From Minisyncoccota bacterium (lineage in GTDB: Bacteria > Patescibacteriota > Minisyncoccia > UBA6257 > GWB1-50-10): 45,379 nucleotides of DNA. The first letter of the stretch is position 1, and every line of letters begins with the position of its first letter. Made by a program: the position numbers and the translations under genes. Positions 34,133-42,724 of the stretch are shown piece by piece. The stretch spans positions 1-45,379 of the forward strand of contig DATLZO010000018.1 in the NCBI GenBank assembly GCA_035573955.1. Reading direction: 5' to 3'. A model generated the notes under the pieces. That model was not told where the DNA came from. It saw only the letters and a list, made by a program, of their open reading frames with translations, and did not search any database.

Positions 34133-35047
34133 ATGCCGGAATTACCCGAAGTCGAGACAATCGCCCGCGGTTTGGCTAGGAAACTGAAGGGTCGGAAGAT
34201 CACCGGTTTTTGGACCGATTGGCCAAAATATTTCAAGCGCCAGGGCGGGGAGGCGGCTTTCCGCCGCCATGTTATCGGTAAAAAAATTAAAAGCGTTTCC
34301 CGCCGCGCCAAAAATTTGTTCATCCATCTTTCCGACGATCACCTGATACTGGTGCACCAGAAAATGACCGGTCATCTCATGGTCGGTAAGTGGAAACCTT
34401 TTAAAAACCAGGAGGTAGAGGAGTGCTGGCGGAATCAAAAATGGATTCCCGACCCGCCGCGAGGCCCTTTAATGGACCCGATGAACCGGTTTATCCGACT
34501 CATTTTCTTTCTAGATAACAAAGAAATGCTTGCCTTATCCGATCTCCGGCGTTTTGCCAAAGTTGTTTGCGGCCCGCGAGCGGAAATTTTAAGTGCCGAA
34601 GACATTGAAAAATTGGGACCGGAACCGCTTGCGCCCGGTTTCACTTTCAGGAAGTTCAGCGAACTTTTTAAGGGAAAGCGCGGTCGGATTAAGCCGGTTC
34701 TTATGGATCAAAACTTCATCTCCGGCGTCGGCAACATTTATGCCGACGAGATTCTTTGGGTCGCCAAAATTCATCCCTTAAAACGAGTGGAGGATTTAAA
34801 AGAGGAGGATTTAAAAATGATCTTTGCGGCGATGAAAAAGATTTTAAAAAAAGCCCTTCGGCTGCGGGGTACCTCCATCGACGACTATCGGGATGCGGAG
34901 GGCCGTCGCGGCGGCTACGACAAGGTCCGCTACGTTTACCAACGGGAAGGTGAAGCCTGCCCGCGCTGCGACACCCGCATTAAACGCCTTAAAATTGGCG
35001 GGCGATCGGCTCATTTCTGCCCGAGTTGCCAGAAAAGTGTAGAATAA
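34133..35047 (+). CDS. mutM: Formamidopyrimidine-DNA glycosylase
   Basis: MPELPEVET start, RRAK, HQKMTG, DLRRF, GVGNIYADE and the zinc finger CPRC...CPSCQ. Confidence 0.97.
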   Translation: MPELPEVETIARGLARKLKGRKITGFWTDWPKYFKRQGGEAAFRRHVIGKKIKSVSRRAKNLFIHLSDDHLILVHQKMTGHLMVGKWKPFKNQEVEECWRNQKWIPDPPRGPLMDPMNRFIRLIFFLDNKEMLALSDLRRFAKVVCGPRAEILSAEDIEKLGPEPLAPGFTFRKFSELFKGKRGRIKPVLMDQNFISGVGNIYADEILWVAKIHPLKRVEDLKEEDLKMIFAAMKKILKKALRLRGTSIDDYRDAEGRRGGYDKVRYVYQREGEACPRCDTRIKRLKIGGRSAHFCPSCQKSVE

Positions 35048-35054
35048 AACCAAA

Positions 35055-35861
35055 ATGATATTTCTTCTTTATGGCGAGGATTCTTTCCGGCGGACGGAAC
35101 GCTTGAAGGAGCTTATTACTCCATACCGGGCAAAATATTCCGATCTGGACATGATTTCTCTGGATCTGGAAGACGAACCGGACGGGTGGCGGAGGGTGCG
35201 AGATTTTCTAAACCAACCGTCAATGTTCGTCGACTCCAAAGTCGCTATCGTGAAGGAAGCGACATCCGTCAGAGAAAAGGAATGGGCCGCGACTCTAAAG
35301 AGCTTTCTCAATGTTCCGAAGACGTTCATCTTCATTTCTCAGCGCGAAGCGCCGGTTGGTGATTTTAGTTTTCTCCTTGCGCCGCCGGTGAAATCTCAAC
35401 AATTCGGCAGTTTACTACTCCGCGAGCTCGAGGCTTTTATTAAGGATAAGGCCGCGAAGCTCGGCCTTGAGTTTTCCGCCGACGCGTTCCGTTTCCTCTC
35501 CTTATACATAGGTTCTTCGACGGAGAAAACAGCGCTTGCCTCGTACGAACTTGAAAAAATTAGTTTAATGGGTTTCAAAAACCCTATTGCCCTCGAAGAC
35601 TTAAAGAAAGCAGTGGTATGGCAGCCGGGAACGGCCGCCTACGCTCTCTCTGCCGAAATTCTTGCAGCGCGGGATTTTCGCCGCCGGCTCGCTCCATTGG
35701 AAAAAATTCTCCTTTCGGAGGACCCGTACTACGCTTTTAATTCATTAGGATTCCAGGCGCGCGGGGCGCAAGCGGCGCTTCTCGCCGAATATGATATTTC
35801 CGTAAAGAGCGGCGGTTTGGAATACGAAGAAGCGCTTACCGATTTTGTAGTTGGAAATTAG
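35055..35861 (+). CDS. holA: DNA polymerase III delta subunit (short)
   Basis: IFLLYGEDSF, PSMF...KVAIVK and ELEKISL; typical holA position next to rpsT. Confidence 0.75.
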   Translation: MIFLLYGEDSFRRTERLKELITPYRAKYSDLDMISLDLEDEPDGWRRVRDFLNQPSMFVDSKVAIVKEATSVREKEWAATLKSFLNVPKTFIFISQREAPVGDFSFLLAPPVKSQQFGSLLLRELEAFIKDKAAKLGLEFSADAFRFLSLYIGSSTEKTALASYELEKISLMGFKNPIALEDLKKAVVWQPGTAAYALSAEILAARDFRRRLAPLEKILLSEDPYYAFNSLGFQARGAQAALLAEYDISVKSGGLEYEEALTDFVVGN

Positions 35862-35884
35862 TAATCAGACAAAGCTCATCGTTA

Positions 35885-36148
35885 CTATTTACCGGTTGCT
35901 AATTTCCGTGAAAATCGGGATTTGAGTCGGGCAGCTTTATTCGGTTTTACAAAGCCGACTTTGGCCAATTTGTCGAGTGTTTTATAAAGCTTGGGAAGTA
36001 TCTCCCTCGCCTTCGCTTGGTCCTTTGCGGCTAGGGCCTGCCGGAAATCCTTAATAACTCCTTTCATCCTGTTCTTGCGGCTGACGTTACGGCTTCGGCG
36101 TCGGATGTTCTGCCGAAGCGCTTTCTTTGCCGATTTCGTTCTGGGCAT
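35885..36148 (-). CDS. rpsT: 30S ribosomal protein S20
   Basis: MPRTKSAKKALRQ..RR...N, LDKLAKVG.VKPNKAARLKSR. Confidence 0.97.
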   Translation of the reverse strand: MPRTKSAKKALRQNIRRRSRNVSRKNRMKGVIKDFRQALAAKDQAKAREILPKLYKTLDKLAKVGFVKPNKAARLKSRFSRKLATGK

Positions 36149-36156
36149 ATTTCGTA

Positions 36157-36184
36157 TTATAGGTTATAGGTTTTGGATTATGAA
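36157..36184 (+). repeat. 7-nt array in the rpsT/ruvA divergent promoter region
   Basis: TTATAGG-TTATAGG-TTTTGGA-TTATGAA; the first unit contains the rpsT -10 box. Confidence 0.55.
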
Positions 36185-36222
36185 CGCAAGTCCGCTCATC
36201 CGCTGGGGTATAATATGAGTGG

Positions 36223-36804
36223 ATGCTTCATTCCGTTTCAGGAAAAATATCCGGCCGCGGCGAAGACTTTTTTGTGATCGAGTCCGGCGGCTTCGGTTTC
36301 CGTGTCTCTGCCTCGGCCCGCACCATTGCCCGCCTGCCGAGCGACGGAGAGACAGTTCGCGTCCATACGTTTCTCTACGTTCGGGAAGATCGGTTCGAAC
36401 TCTACGGTTTCCTTGACGAGCAGGCCCTTCGCCTCTTCGAGATCCTAAACACCGTTCCCGGCGTGGGCCCTAAAACCGCTCTCGGGATATTGGACATTGA
36501 TGAGGTGCCGAACATAATGGCAGCAATAATCGAGAAGAGGACGGAACTCCTTACAAAAGCTTCCGGCATTGGCCGGCGGACCGCCGAGCGCATAATCCTC
36601 GATCTTCAAGGCAGGTTAAATTTGCCGGGCGCTAAAACTCTAACCGAAAAAATGACCTTGGATGCCGAAGTGGAAGAAGCACTCGTCGGCCTGGGGTACT
36701 CAAGATCGGAAGTGAGGAAAATATTGCCTGCCGTTCAGTCCTCCGCCAAAACCCTTGAAGGCCGTCTGAAGGACGCCTTAAAATTCATGGGAAGGCGTTC
36801 TTAA
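36223..36804 (+). CDS. ruvA: Holliday junction DNA-binding protein RuvA
   Basis: GGFGFRV, YVREDRFELYGF, VPGVGPKTAL, ASGIGRRTAERI and EALVGLGY. Confidence 0.96.
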   Translation: MLHSVSGKISGRGEDFFVIESGGFGFRVSASARTIARLPSDGETVRVHTFLYVREDRFELYGFLDEQALRLFEILNTVPGVGPKTALGILDIDEVPNIMAAIIEKRTELLTKASGIGRRTAERIILDLQGRLNLPGAKTLTEKMTLDAEVEEALVGLGYSRSEVRKILPAVQSSAKTLEGRLKDALKFMGRRS

Positions 36805-36805
36805 G

Positions 36806-38023
36806 ATGCTCCGCAATCTCTATCACTATCTGTTTGCTTTTCTCGCCAATCTTATCTACGGCGCGCCGTCGAGAAAAATTTTCGTCCTCGGACTGACCGG
36901 CACTAAAGGCAAATCGACCGCGCTTGAGATGCTTGATTCAGTTCTCTCGGTTGCCGGACGACGGACAGCGCTTCTTACCTCGACCCGGCGGAAAATAGGC
37001 GACCGGTCGGAGAAGAGCCCTTATACGAACACCATGCCCGGCCGCGGCGCCATCCAAGCTTTTCTTAAGGAGGCAGTCCGTGCCGGTTGTGATATTGCTT
37101 TGGTTGAGGTTACGTCCGAAGGCATGAAGCAGCATCGCGGAAGGTTTATCGATTGGGATGCGGCTGTTTTCCTAAACCTCCACCCCGAACACATTGAAGC
37201 CCACGGCAGTTTTGAGAAGTATCGGGAGGCGAAACTTGATCTTTTCCGGGAACTTGGGCGTTCAGAGAAACCGCGGAAATTTTTCGTTGTGAACGCCTCA
37301 AGCGCTGACGCCCCCCATTTCCAGAAGGTGGCGGGAGGCATACCCGGTGGCGAAACGTTTCTCGCTACCTTGGCTGAAGTCGACCGTATTGTTCGGCGGA
37401 TAAGGAAAGATAAGAACCCCGATTGGCTCCTGGCCGATTTCAACATCGAGAACATCGCCGTAGTTGCGAAGACCGCCCGGGCGCTCGGGGTCGGCGAGGA
37501 GGATATAATAACCGGCCTGGAAAAATTTCCTGGCCTCCGCGGCCGCATGGATTTTGTGCAGCACGAACCGTTTTCAGTCGTAGTCGACTACGCCCACACG
37601 CCGGAATCACTCCGGGCTGTATATAACACACTGCGGAAACACCTAAAAGAAGGGAGTCGCCTAATCTGCGTTTTAGGTTCGGCTGGTGGCGGCCGCGATA
37701 AGTGGAAACGGCCCGAGCTTGGGAAAATTGCGGGAGAGTCTTGCGACATCTTAATTTTGACGAGCGAGGACCCGTACGATGAGGATCCCGAAGAAATCAT
37801 CAGAGCTATTGAGAAGGGCATTCCCGCCGACAAAGCCGGAAAAATTTTGAAGATAACCAACCGGCGAACCGCGCTTCGTGAAGCGGTGGCGGTCGCGAGG
37901 AATGGTGACGTGGTTGTCTCGACTGGTATGGGCAGCCAGGACTGGTTTTACGGTCCCCGCGGCGCGAAAATTCCGTGGGACGAGCATAGAATCTTCGAGG
38001 AAATTCTGAAGTCAGGCGGGTGA
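36806..38023 (+). CDS. murE: UDP-N-acetylmuramoyl-dipeptide amino-acid ligase MurE
   Basis: GLTGTKGKST, VEVTSEG, FLNLHPEHIEAHG, VDYAHTPESL, GGGRDKWKR and TSEDPYDEDP. Confidence 0.9.
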   Translation: MLRNLYHYLFAFLANLIYGAPSRKIFVLGLTGTKGKSTALEMLDSVLSVAGRRTALLTSTRRKIGDRSEKSPYTNTMPGRGAIQAFLKEAVRAGCDIALVEVTSEGMKQHRGRFIDWDAAVFLNLHPEHIEAHGSFEKYREAKLDLFRELGRSEKPRKFFVVNASSADAPHFQKVAGGIPGGETFLATLAEVDRIVRRIRKDKNPDWLLADFNIENIAVVAKTARALGVGEEDIITGLEKFPGLRGRMDFVQHEPFSVVVDYAHTPESLRAVYNTLRKHLKEGSRLICVLGSAGGGRDKWKRPELGKIAGESCDILILTSEDPYDEDPEEIIRAIEKGIPADKAGKILKITNRRTALREAVAVARNGDVVVSTGMGSQDWFYGPRGAKIPWDEHRIFEEILKSGG

Positions 38024-38036
38024 TATAATTTAATCA

Positions 38037-39392
38037 ATGAATATAACCTTTTGGGGCGGAACGAAAGAGGTGACGGGAGCCAACTATTTGCTTGAGTCAG
38101 GCGGGACGAAGATACTCGTTGACTGCGGTCTCCATCAAGGCAGCCGTTATTCGGAGCGCCGCAACTTCGAACCATTCCCTTATAAACCAGAAGAAATCAC
38201 TGCTGTCTTTGTCACGCACGCTCATATCGATCACATTGGTCGCCTCCCACAGCTCTATAAAGCCGGGTTTCGAGGCGAGATATTCTCCACCGGACCGACC
38301 AAGGATTTTGCCGAACTCCTCCTCCTCGATTCGGAGCACATTCTGCGGAAGGAAGCCGAACGGGAAGGAAAACCTTTTCTTTACGACACAAACGACGTTG
38401 TCCAGACGATGGGTCTTTGGAAAAAGAAGTCATACCACGAGAAAGTCGAGGTGGGGCCGTTCGTGGTTGAGCTCTACGATGCCGGTCACATCCTCGGCTC
38501 CGCCTCGTACTTGGTGAAGGCGGAGGGTAAAAGGGTAGTTTTTTCCGGCGATCTCGGGAACGCTCCGGCCCCTCTCATTAATTCGACCGAATATTTCGAG
38601 GAAGCCGACTATGCCCTTATCGAATCCGTCTACGGTGGACGAGTTCACGAACGGCTTGGAGCGAGAAAAGATGAGCTTGAGGATTTGATTGAGGACACCG
38701 TGAAATCAAAGGGTACGCTTATGATACCTGCTTTCGCCCTCGAACGGACCCAGGAACTTCTTACGGAGTTGAACGACCTCATTGAGAACGGCCGTATTCC
38801 CCGCGTCCCGATTTTCATCGACAGCCCGCTTGCGATACGTTTGACCGGAATTTACCACAAGTATTCTGCCGACCCCCGCTACTTTAATAAGGAGGCGATT
38901 GCCCTGAACCGAAGCGGAGACAGGATATTCGATTTCACTGGGCTTAAGATGACGCTCACGACTAATGAGTCTAAGGAGATTGCGAATGTCCCGCCGCCTA
39001 AGGTAATCGTTGCCGGCGCCGGGATGTCAAACGGCGGGCGGATCCTCCATCACGAGAAGTTGTATCTAGCCGATCCGAAGAGCGCCATCCTTTTCATCGG
39101 TTACCAGGCGACAGGCTCTCTCGGTCGGCAGATATTGGACGGCGCCGAGTCTGTAAAGATCTACGGCGAGGAAGTACCGGTTCGCTGCCGGAAAATGGTG
39201 GTGAGCGGCTACTCGGCCCATGCCGACCAGCCGCAGCTTTTGAAGTGGGTATCTCCGATGCGGGAGAGTCTTAAAAAGATTTTTGTCGTCCAGGGTGAGG
39301 AAAGTGAAGCACTCGCCCTTTCCCAGAAAATAAGGGATGAAATGGCGGTCCAGACGGAAATCCCTTCGTTGGGTGAGCAGGCGGTGTTATAA
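38037..39392 (+). CDS. Metallo-beta-lactamase/beta-CASP RNA nuclease
   Basis: VDCGL, THAHIDHIG, AGHILGS, FSGDLG, ESVYG, PAFALERTQE, GGRILHH and YSAHADQ. Confidence 0.93.
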   Translation: MNITFWGGTKEVTGANYLLESGGTKILVDCGLHQGSRYSERRNFEPFPYKPEEITAVFVTHAHIDHIGRLPQLYKAGFRGEIFSTGPTKDFAELLLLDSEHILRKEAEREGKPFLYDTNDVVQTMGLWKKKSYHEKVEVGPFVVELYDAGHILGSASYLVKAEGKRVVFSGDLGNAPAPLINSTEYFEEADYALIESVYGGRVHERLGARKDELEDLIEDTVKSKGTLMIPAFALERTQELLTELNDLIENGRIPRVPIFIDSPLAIRLTGIYHKYSADPRYFNKEAIALNRSGDRIFDFTGLKMTLTTNESKEIANVPPPKVIVAGAGMSNGGRILHHEKLYLADPKSAILFIGYQATGSLGRQILDGAESVKIYGEEVPVRCRKMVVSGYSAHADQPQLLKWVSPMRESLKKIFVVQGEESEALALSQKIRDEMAVQTEIPSLGEQAVL

Positions 39393-39453
39393 TTACTAAC
39401 GAGCGGAAAAATGTAAAAATGATTCATATCTTTTCCGAGAGAAGTAATTATAA
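39387..39453. repeat. 67-bp inverted-repeat element
   Basis: TTATAATTACT (39387-39397) / AGTAATTATAA (39443-39453) is a perfect 11-bp inverted repeat, with an inner CGGAAAA / TTTTCCG pair. Confidence 0.8.
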
Positions 39454-39477
39454 ACGGAGCGATATAATCAGACAGCT

Positions 39478-40095
39478 ATGCCTAAAAAAACACAGTCCAC
39501 AACCGATCATGGTTACGACCATCGCCTGAAGTACAAAATCTGCGTCTCGGGAGCGGCCGAAACGGGTCACTGCTCCGCCGATTCTCTTGAGAAGGCTGAG
39601 GAAATCGGCCGGGAGATCGCGCGGCGAGGTCTCGTCCTTGTGACCGGCGCGACGACGGGCATACCTTACTGGGCGGCCAAAGGCGCCAAAGCCGAAGGCG
39701 GCATCGTGATCGGTATCTCGCCGGCTTCTTCCAAGCTTCAGCATCTGAGGACATACCGTCTACCCGTCGACTACCACGATCTTATTATCTACACCGGTTT
39801 CGAGTATGCCGGCCGTAATCTTCTTCTCACTCGGTCGGCCGATGCTGTTGTCACCTTATGCGGTCGCATCGGAACCTTGAACGAATTTACGGACGCTTTC
39901 GAGGACCAGAAACCGCAAGGAGTGCTCCTTGGTACCGGCGGGACAACCGAATTACTACCGGAGATTGTCGAAAAAGCTCATCGGGGAACGGGTAAGATTG
40001 TTTTCGCCCGTGAACCCAAGGATCTAATGGATAAACTCCTGAGTCTTGTTGAGAACGAAGAGGTGAAAAACGGCGTCAAAGGTCGAGTAGTCTAA
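39478..40095 (+). CDS. LOG/SLOG family protein
   Basis: ICVSGAA, LVTGATTG.P, GGIVIGISP, GRNLLL..SAD and GTLNEF. Confidence 0.85.
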   Translation: MPKKTQSTTDHGYDHRLKYKICVSGAAETGHCSADSLEKAEEIGREIARRGLVLVTGATTGIPYWAAKGAKAEGGIVIGISPASSKLQHLRTYRLPVDYHDLIIYTGFEYAGRNLLLTRSADAVVTLCGRIGTLNEFTDAFEDQKPQGVLLGTGGTTELLPEIVEKAHRGTGKIVFAREPKDLMDKLLSLVENEEVKNGVKGRVV

Positions 40096-40103
40096 AAAAC
40101 AAA

Positions 40104-40388
40104 ATGGGATTCTTTTCAGGGTTGTTTTCCAAAAAGTCCGAAGGACCAAAGCCGATAGGTGTTGTTACCCACTATTACGGGGGGTTGGGCGTTGCCATTG
40201 TAAAGTTCAACCGAGCGGTCAAGGTGGGTGAAACTGTCCATTTCAAGGGCGCGACGACTGACTTCAAACAGACCATAAAATCGATGCAGTACGACCATAA
40301 GGAGATTACAGAGGCCGGTAAGAACCAAGAAGTCGGTGTCAAAGTTTCGGATAAAGTTCGGGAAGGTGACCGCGTCTACGAGACTTGA
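40104..40388 (+). CDS. Stand-alone beta-barrel (U32 peptidase C-terminal / EF-Tu domain II-like)
   Basis: IGVVTHYYG.LGVAIVK...VKVGETVHFKG..TDF.QTI.SMQ.DH..I..A...EVG.KV...VREGD.VY. Confidence 0.75.
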   Translation: MGFFSGLFSKKSEGPKPIGVVTHYYGGLGVAIVKFNRAVKVGETVHFKGATTDFKQTIKSMQYDHKEITEAGKNQEVGVKVSDKVREGDRVYET

Positions 40389-40398
40389 AAACTGTTTC

Positions 40399-41511
40399 AT
40401 GAGCCGAGATTCTATTTTGGCCGCAAGCATTCTTGCAGGTACGACTATTGGTGCAGGAATTTTTTCCTTGCCATATGTTTTCAACAAAATCGGCGTCTTC
40501 GCCGGATTTTTTTATCTCATTTTCTTTGCCTGCGTCTACGTCACGGTATATCTCATGTATGCTTCGGTTCTCCGGACGCGGAGCGGGCGGCACGACTTTT
40601 CCTATTTTGCCGAACTGTATCTCCCTAAAACCGTTGCCAAGTTCGCTTCTTTTGCAATTCTCGCGGAGGCGATCTTTGTTCTCACTATCTATCTTATTCT
40701 CGCTCCGACTTTTATTTCTCTTATCGCCGAGGTGGAATGGTTCTACGCCGTCTTCGCATTCTGGCTCTTTGGTTCCATCTTCGTCTTCGCAAGTCTCCTC
40801 TGGCAGGGAATGGCCGAGCTTTTAGGAACGCTTGCAATCATCTTCATCATCTTTGTAGTCGTTTTTTTGGGAGGTTGGAGCGGCGATGGCTTGCCGATTG
40901 TGAAACCACTGAATATCGAATCGTTCCTCCTGCCTTTTGGGCCTCTTCTCTTTTCCTTCGCCGCGAGGGTGGCGATCTCCCGTATGGTTGACGAGGAACG
41001 GGCAGCTCGGCGCGCCCGGCGGCCCTTCTCTCTCCGGGGAGCGATAATTGTCGGCACTTTCATACCGGCACTCGTCTATTTCTTATTTGTTCTGGGGATC
41101 TTGGGTCTTTCCTCTGATGTGACGCCGGAGGCCTTGAACGGTCTTACGGAACTACCCGCCCCCCTCATCGCGACTTTCGGAGTCCTCGGCCTCATAACTA
41201 TTTGGACGTCGTATTTCATGATCGGCGCGAATTTCCGCGAAATCCTTATCGAAGACAAAAAAGTGCGCCCTCTCCTTGCTTCGGCACTCGTTATTTTTCT
41301 ACCACTCGGATTTTATTTCGCCGGCTTGAGAGATTTTCTTGAAACACTTTCCTTCACTGGCGGCGTTTTTCTCAGCCTTGAAGGCATCTTCCTTGTTACC
41401 ATTTGGCGTCGGGCTTTCCCGGAGCATCCTTGGAAAAAGTTGAGCTACCCCCTTTATCTTGTATTTTCAGTCGCTCTAATCTACGCTGTTTTTGACGCCC
41501 TCGTAGTTTAA
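40399..41511 (+). CDS. Aromatic/hydroxy amino-acid permease (Trp/Tyr permease-like)
   Basis: Likely ATG at 40399. GTTIGAGIFSLP, ~11 TM helices, PFGPLLFSF and IWTSYF. Confidence 0.85.
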   Translation: MSRDSILAASILAGTTIGAGIFSLPYVFNKIGVFAGFFYLIFFACVYVTVYLMYASVLRTRSGRHDFSYFAELYLPKTVAKFASFAILAEAIFVLTIYLILAPTFISLIAEVEWFYAVFAFWLFGSIFVFASLLWQGMAELLGTLAIIFIIFVVVFLGGWSGDGLPIVKPLNIESFLLPFGPLLFSFAARVAISRMVDEERAARRARRPFSLRGAIIVGTFIPALVYFLFVLGILGLSSDVTPEALNGLTELPAPLIATFGVLGLITIWTSYFMIGANFREILIEDKKVRPLLASALVIFLPLGFYFAGLRDFLETLSFTGGVFLSLEGIFLVTIWRRAFPEHPWKKLSYPLYLVFSVALIYAVFDALVV

Positions 41512-41568
41512 CGGATAAAACGCCTCCCTCCGGAGGAGGTGATAGGGGTTCAATTCCTCTCGAGGGCA
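41497..41568 (+). tRNA. trnR: tRNA-Arg (anticodon CCG)
   Basis: Acceptor stem GCCCTCG/CGAGGGC, D-arm GTTT..AAAC, anticodon stem CCTCC/GGAGG with loop CT-CCG-GA, T-arm AGGGG-TTCAATT-CCTCT, discriminator A. CCA is not encoded. Confidence 0.96.
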
Positions 41569-41581
41569 CAAATCCCAAAAC

Positions 41582-41612
41582 GGCTCAACATTTGAGCCAT
41601 TTTTATTTTTGT
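41582..41612 (+). terminator. Terminator after the tRNA
   Basis: GGCTCA-ACATT-TGAGCC followed by ATTTTTATTTTT. Confidence 0.65.
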
Positions 41613-41637
41613 CGGATGGTATTGGTTAAATCGCGCC

Positions 41638-41672
41638 GGGAGCGACCCGAAAAGGTCGCTCCCACTTTTTTT
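41638..41672 (+). terminator. Second strong terminator-like hairpin
   Basis: GGGAGCGACC-CGAAAA-GGTCGCTCCC (10-bp perfect stem) followed by ACTTTTTTT. Confidence 0.7.
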
Positions 41673-41698
41673 CTCTGCTATTATGGTGGGGAAACGTC

Positions 41699-42643
41699 AT
41701 GAAAGTTAGGAAGAATATCTCGCTTGCGCCGTTGAGCACTTTCCGCATTGGGGGGCGGGCGGATTTTTTTTGTCTGGTTAAGGAACCGACGGATTTGTTT
41801 GAAGCGGTAGAGTTCGCCAGAAACAAAAAAATTCCCTACCGTATTTTAGCGGGCGGCAGTAACATTGTTTTTCCTGATGGCAGATTCAAAGGCCTCCTCA
41901 TTAAAATTTCGGACGGCGGCATTGTTAAAGACAAAAACCGGCTCATTGTCGGTGCGGGCGTTGCTCTCGAGGAGGTTATCAAAAAATCCATCTCGGCGGG
42001 ACTCAAGGGCTTGGAGACACTATCCGGTATTCCCGGCACCTTGGGTGGGGCAATCGTCGGGAACGCCGGCGCTTACGGCCATTCCATTTCCGAAGTCGTA
42101 GAGCGAGTCAAGGTTTGGGATCCCGTCGGAGGACAAAATCTCTCTAAAGGTGCAGGTAGTAAGGGTTTCTTTTGGATTTCTAAAAAAGATTGCAAATTTC
42201 GTTATCGGGAAAGCGTTTTCAAGCACAAGCCCTACATTGTTGTTTGTGCTGTCCTTAAGTTCAAAAATGGTAATTCAAAAAATCTAAGGAAAATCTCCCG
42301 CGACATTATTAAATTGCGTCTCAAAAAGTACAAACCAGGCCTGAGATGTCCGGGCAGTTTCTTTAAAAATGTTCTTGTCAGCGAAGTTTCTAAAAAATCA
42401 CTTTTAAAGATAAACAAATCAAAGATTATAGAAGGCAAAATCCCCGCCGGCTACTTATTGGAAGAAGTCGGGGCGAAAGGTATGCGTGTGGGCGGCATTG
42501 AAATAGCAAACTTCCACGGAAACCTTCTTATAAACCGAGGCGGTGCCAGAGCGGCCGATGTTAGAAAGCTTGCGGCGCTTCTAAAGAAGCGTGTTTTTGA
42601 AAAATTTGGCATTCGGCTGGAGGAAGAAATACGCTATTTCTAA
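41699..42643 (+). CDS. murB: UDP-N-acetylenolpyruvoylglucosamine reductase
   Basis: STFRIGG.A, GGSNIVF.D, GLETLSGIPGTLGGA..GNAGAYG, FRYRES, GSFFKN, HGNLLIN and LEEEIR. Confidence 0.96.
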   Translation: MKVRKNISLAPLSTFRIGGRADFFCLVKEPTDLFEAVEFARNKKIPYRILAGGSNIVFPDGRFKGLLIKISDGGIVKDKNRLIVGAGVALEEVIKKSISAGLKGLETLSGIPGTLGGAIVGNAGAYGHSISEVVERVKVWDPVGGQNLSKGAGSKGFFWISKKDCKFRYRESVFKHKPYIVVCAVLKFKNGNSKNLRKISRDIIKLRLKKYKPGLRCPGSFFKNVLVSEVSKKSLLKINKSKIIEGKIPAGYLLEEVGAKGMRVGGIEIANFHGNLLINRGGARAADVRKLAALLKKRVFEKFGIRLEEEIRYF

Positions 42644-42654
42644 GGGTTTAGAGC

Positions 42655-42700
42655 GCCGGTGGTAACTTTAATACTTTAAGTACACCACCCGGCAATTTTT
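42655..42700 (+). terminator. Probable terminator after murB
   Basis: GCCGGTGGT / ACCACCCGGC bulged stem followed by AATTTTTGTTCTTTT. Confidence 0.5.
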
Positions 42701-42724
42701 GTTCTTTTCTATAATTAAATAAGA

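Noticed and set aside
33563-34323. Minus-strand ORFs of 173 aa and 154 aa
   Set aside because: The plus-strand 142-aa ORF has a promoter, SD, signal peptide and terminator; the antisense ORFs have no such support.
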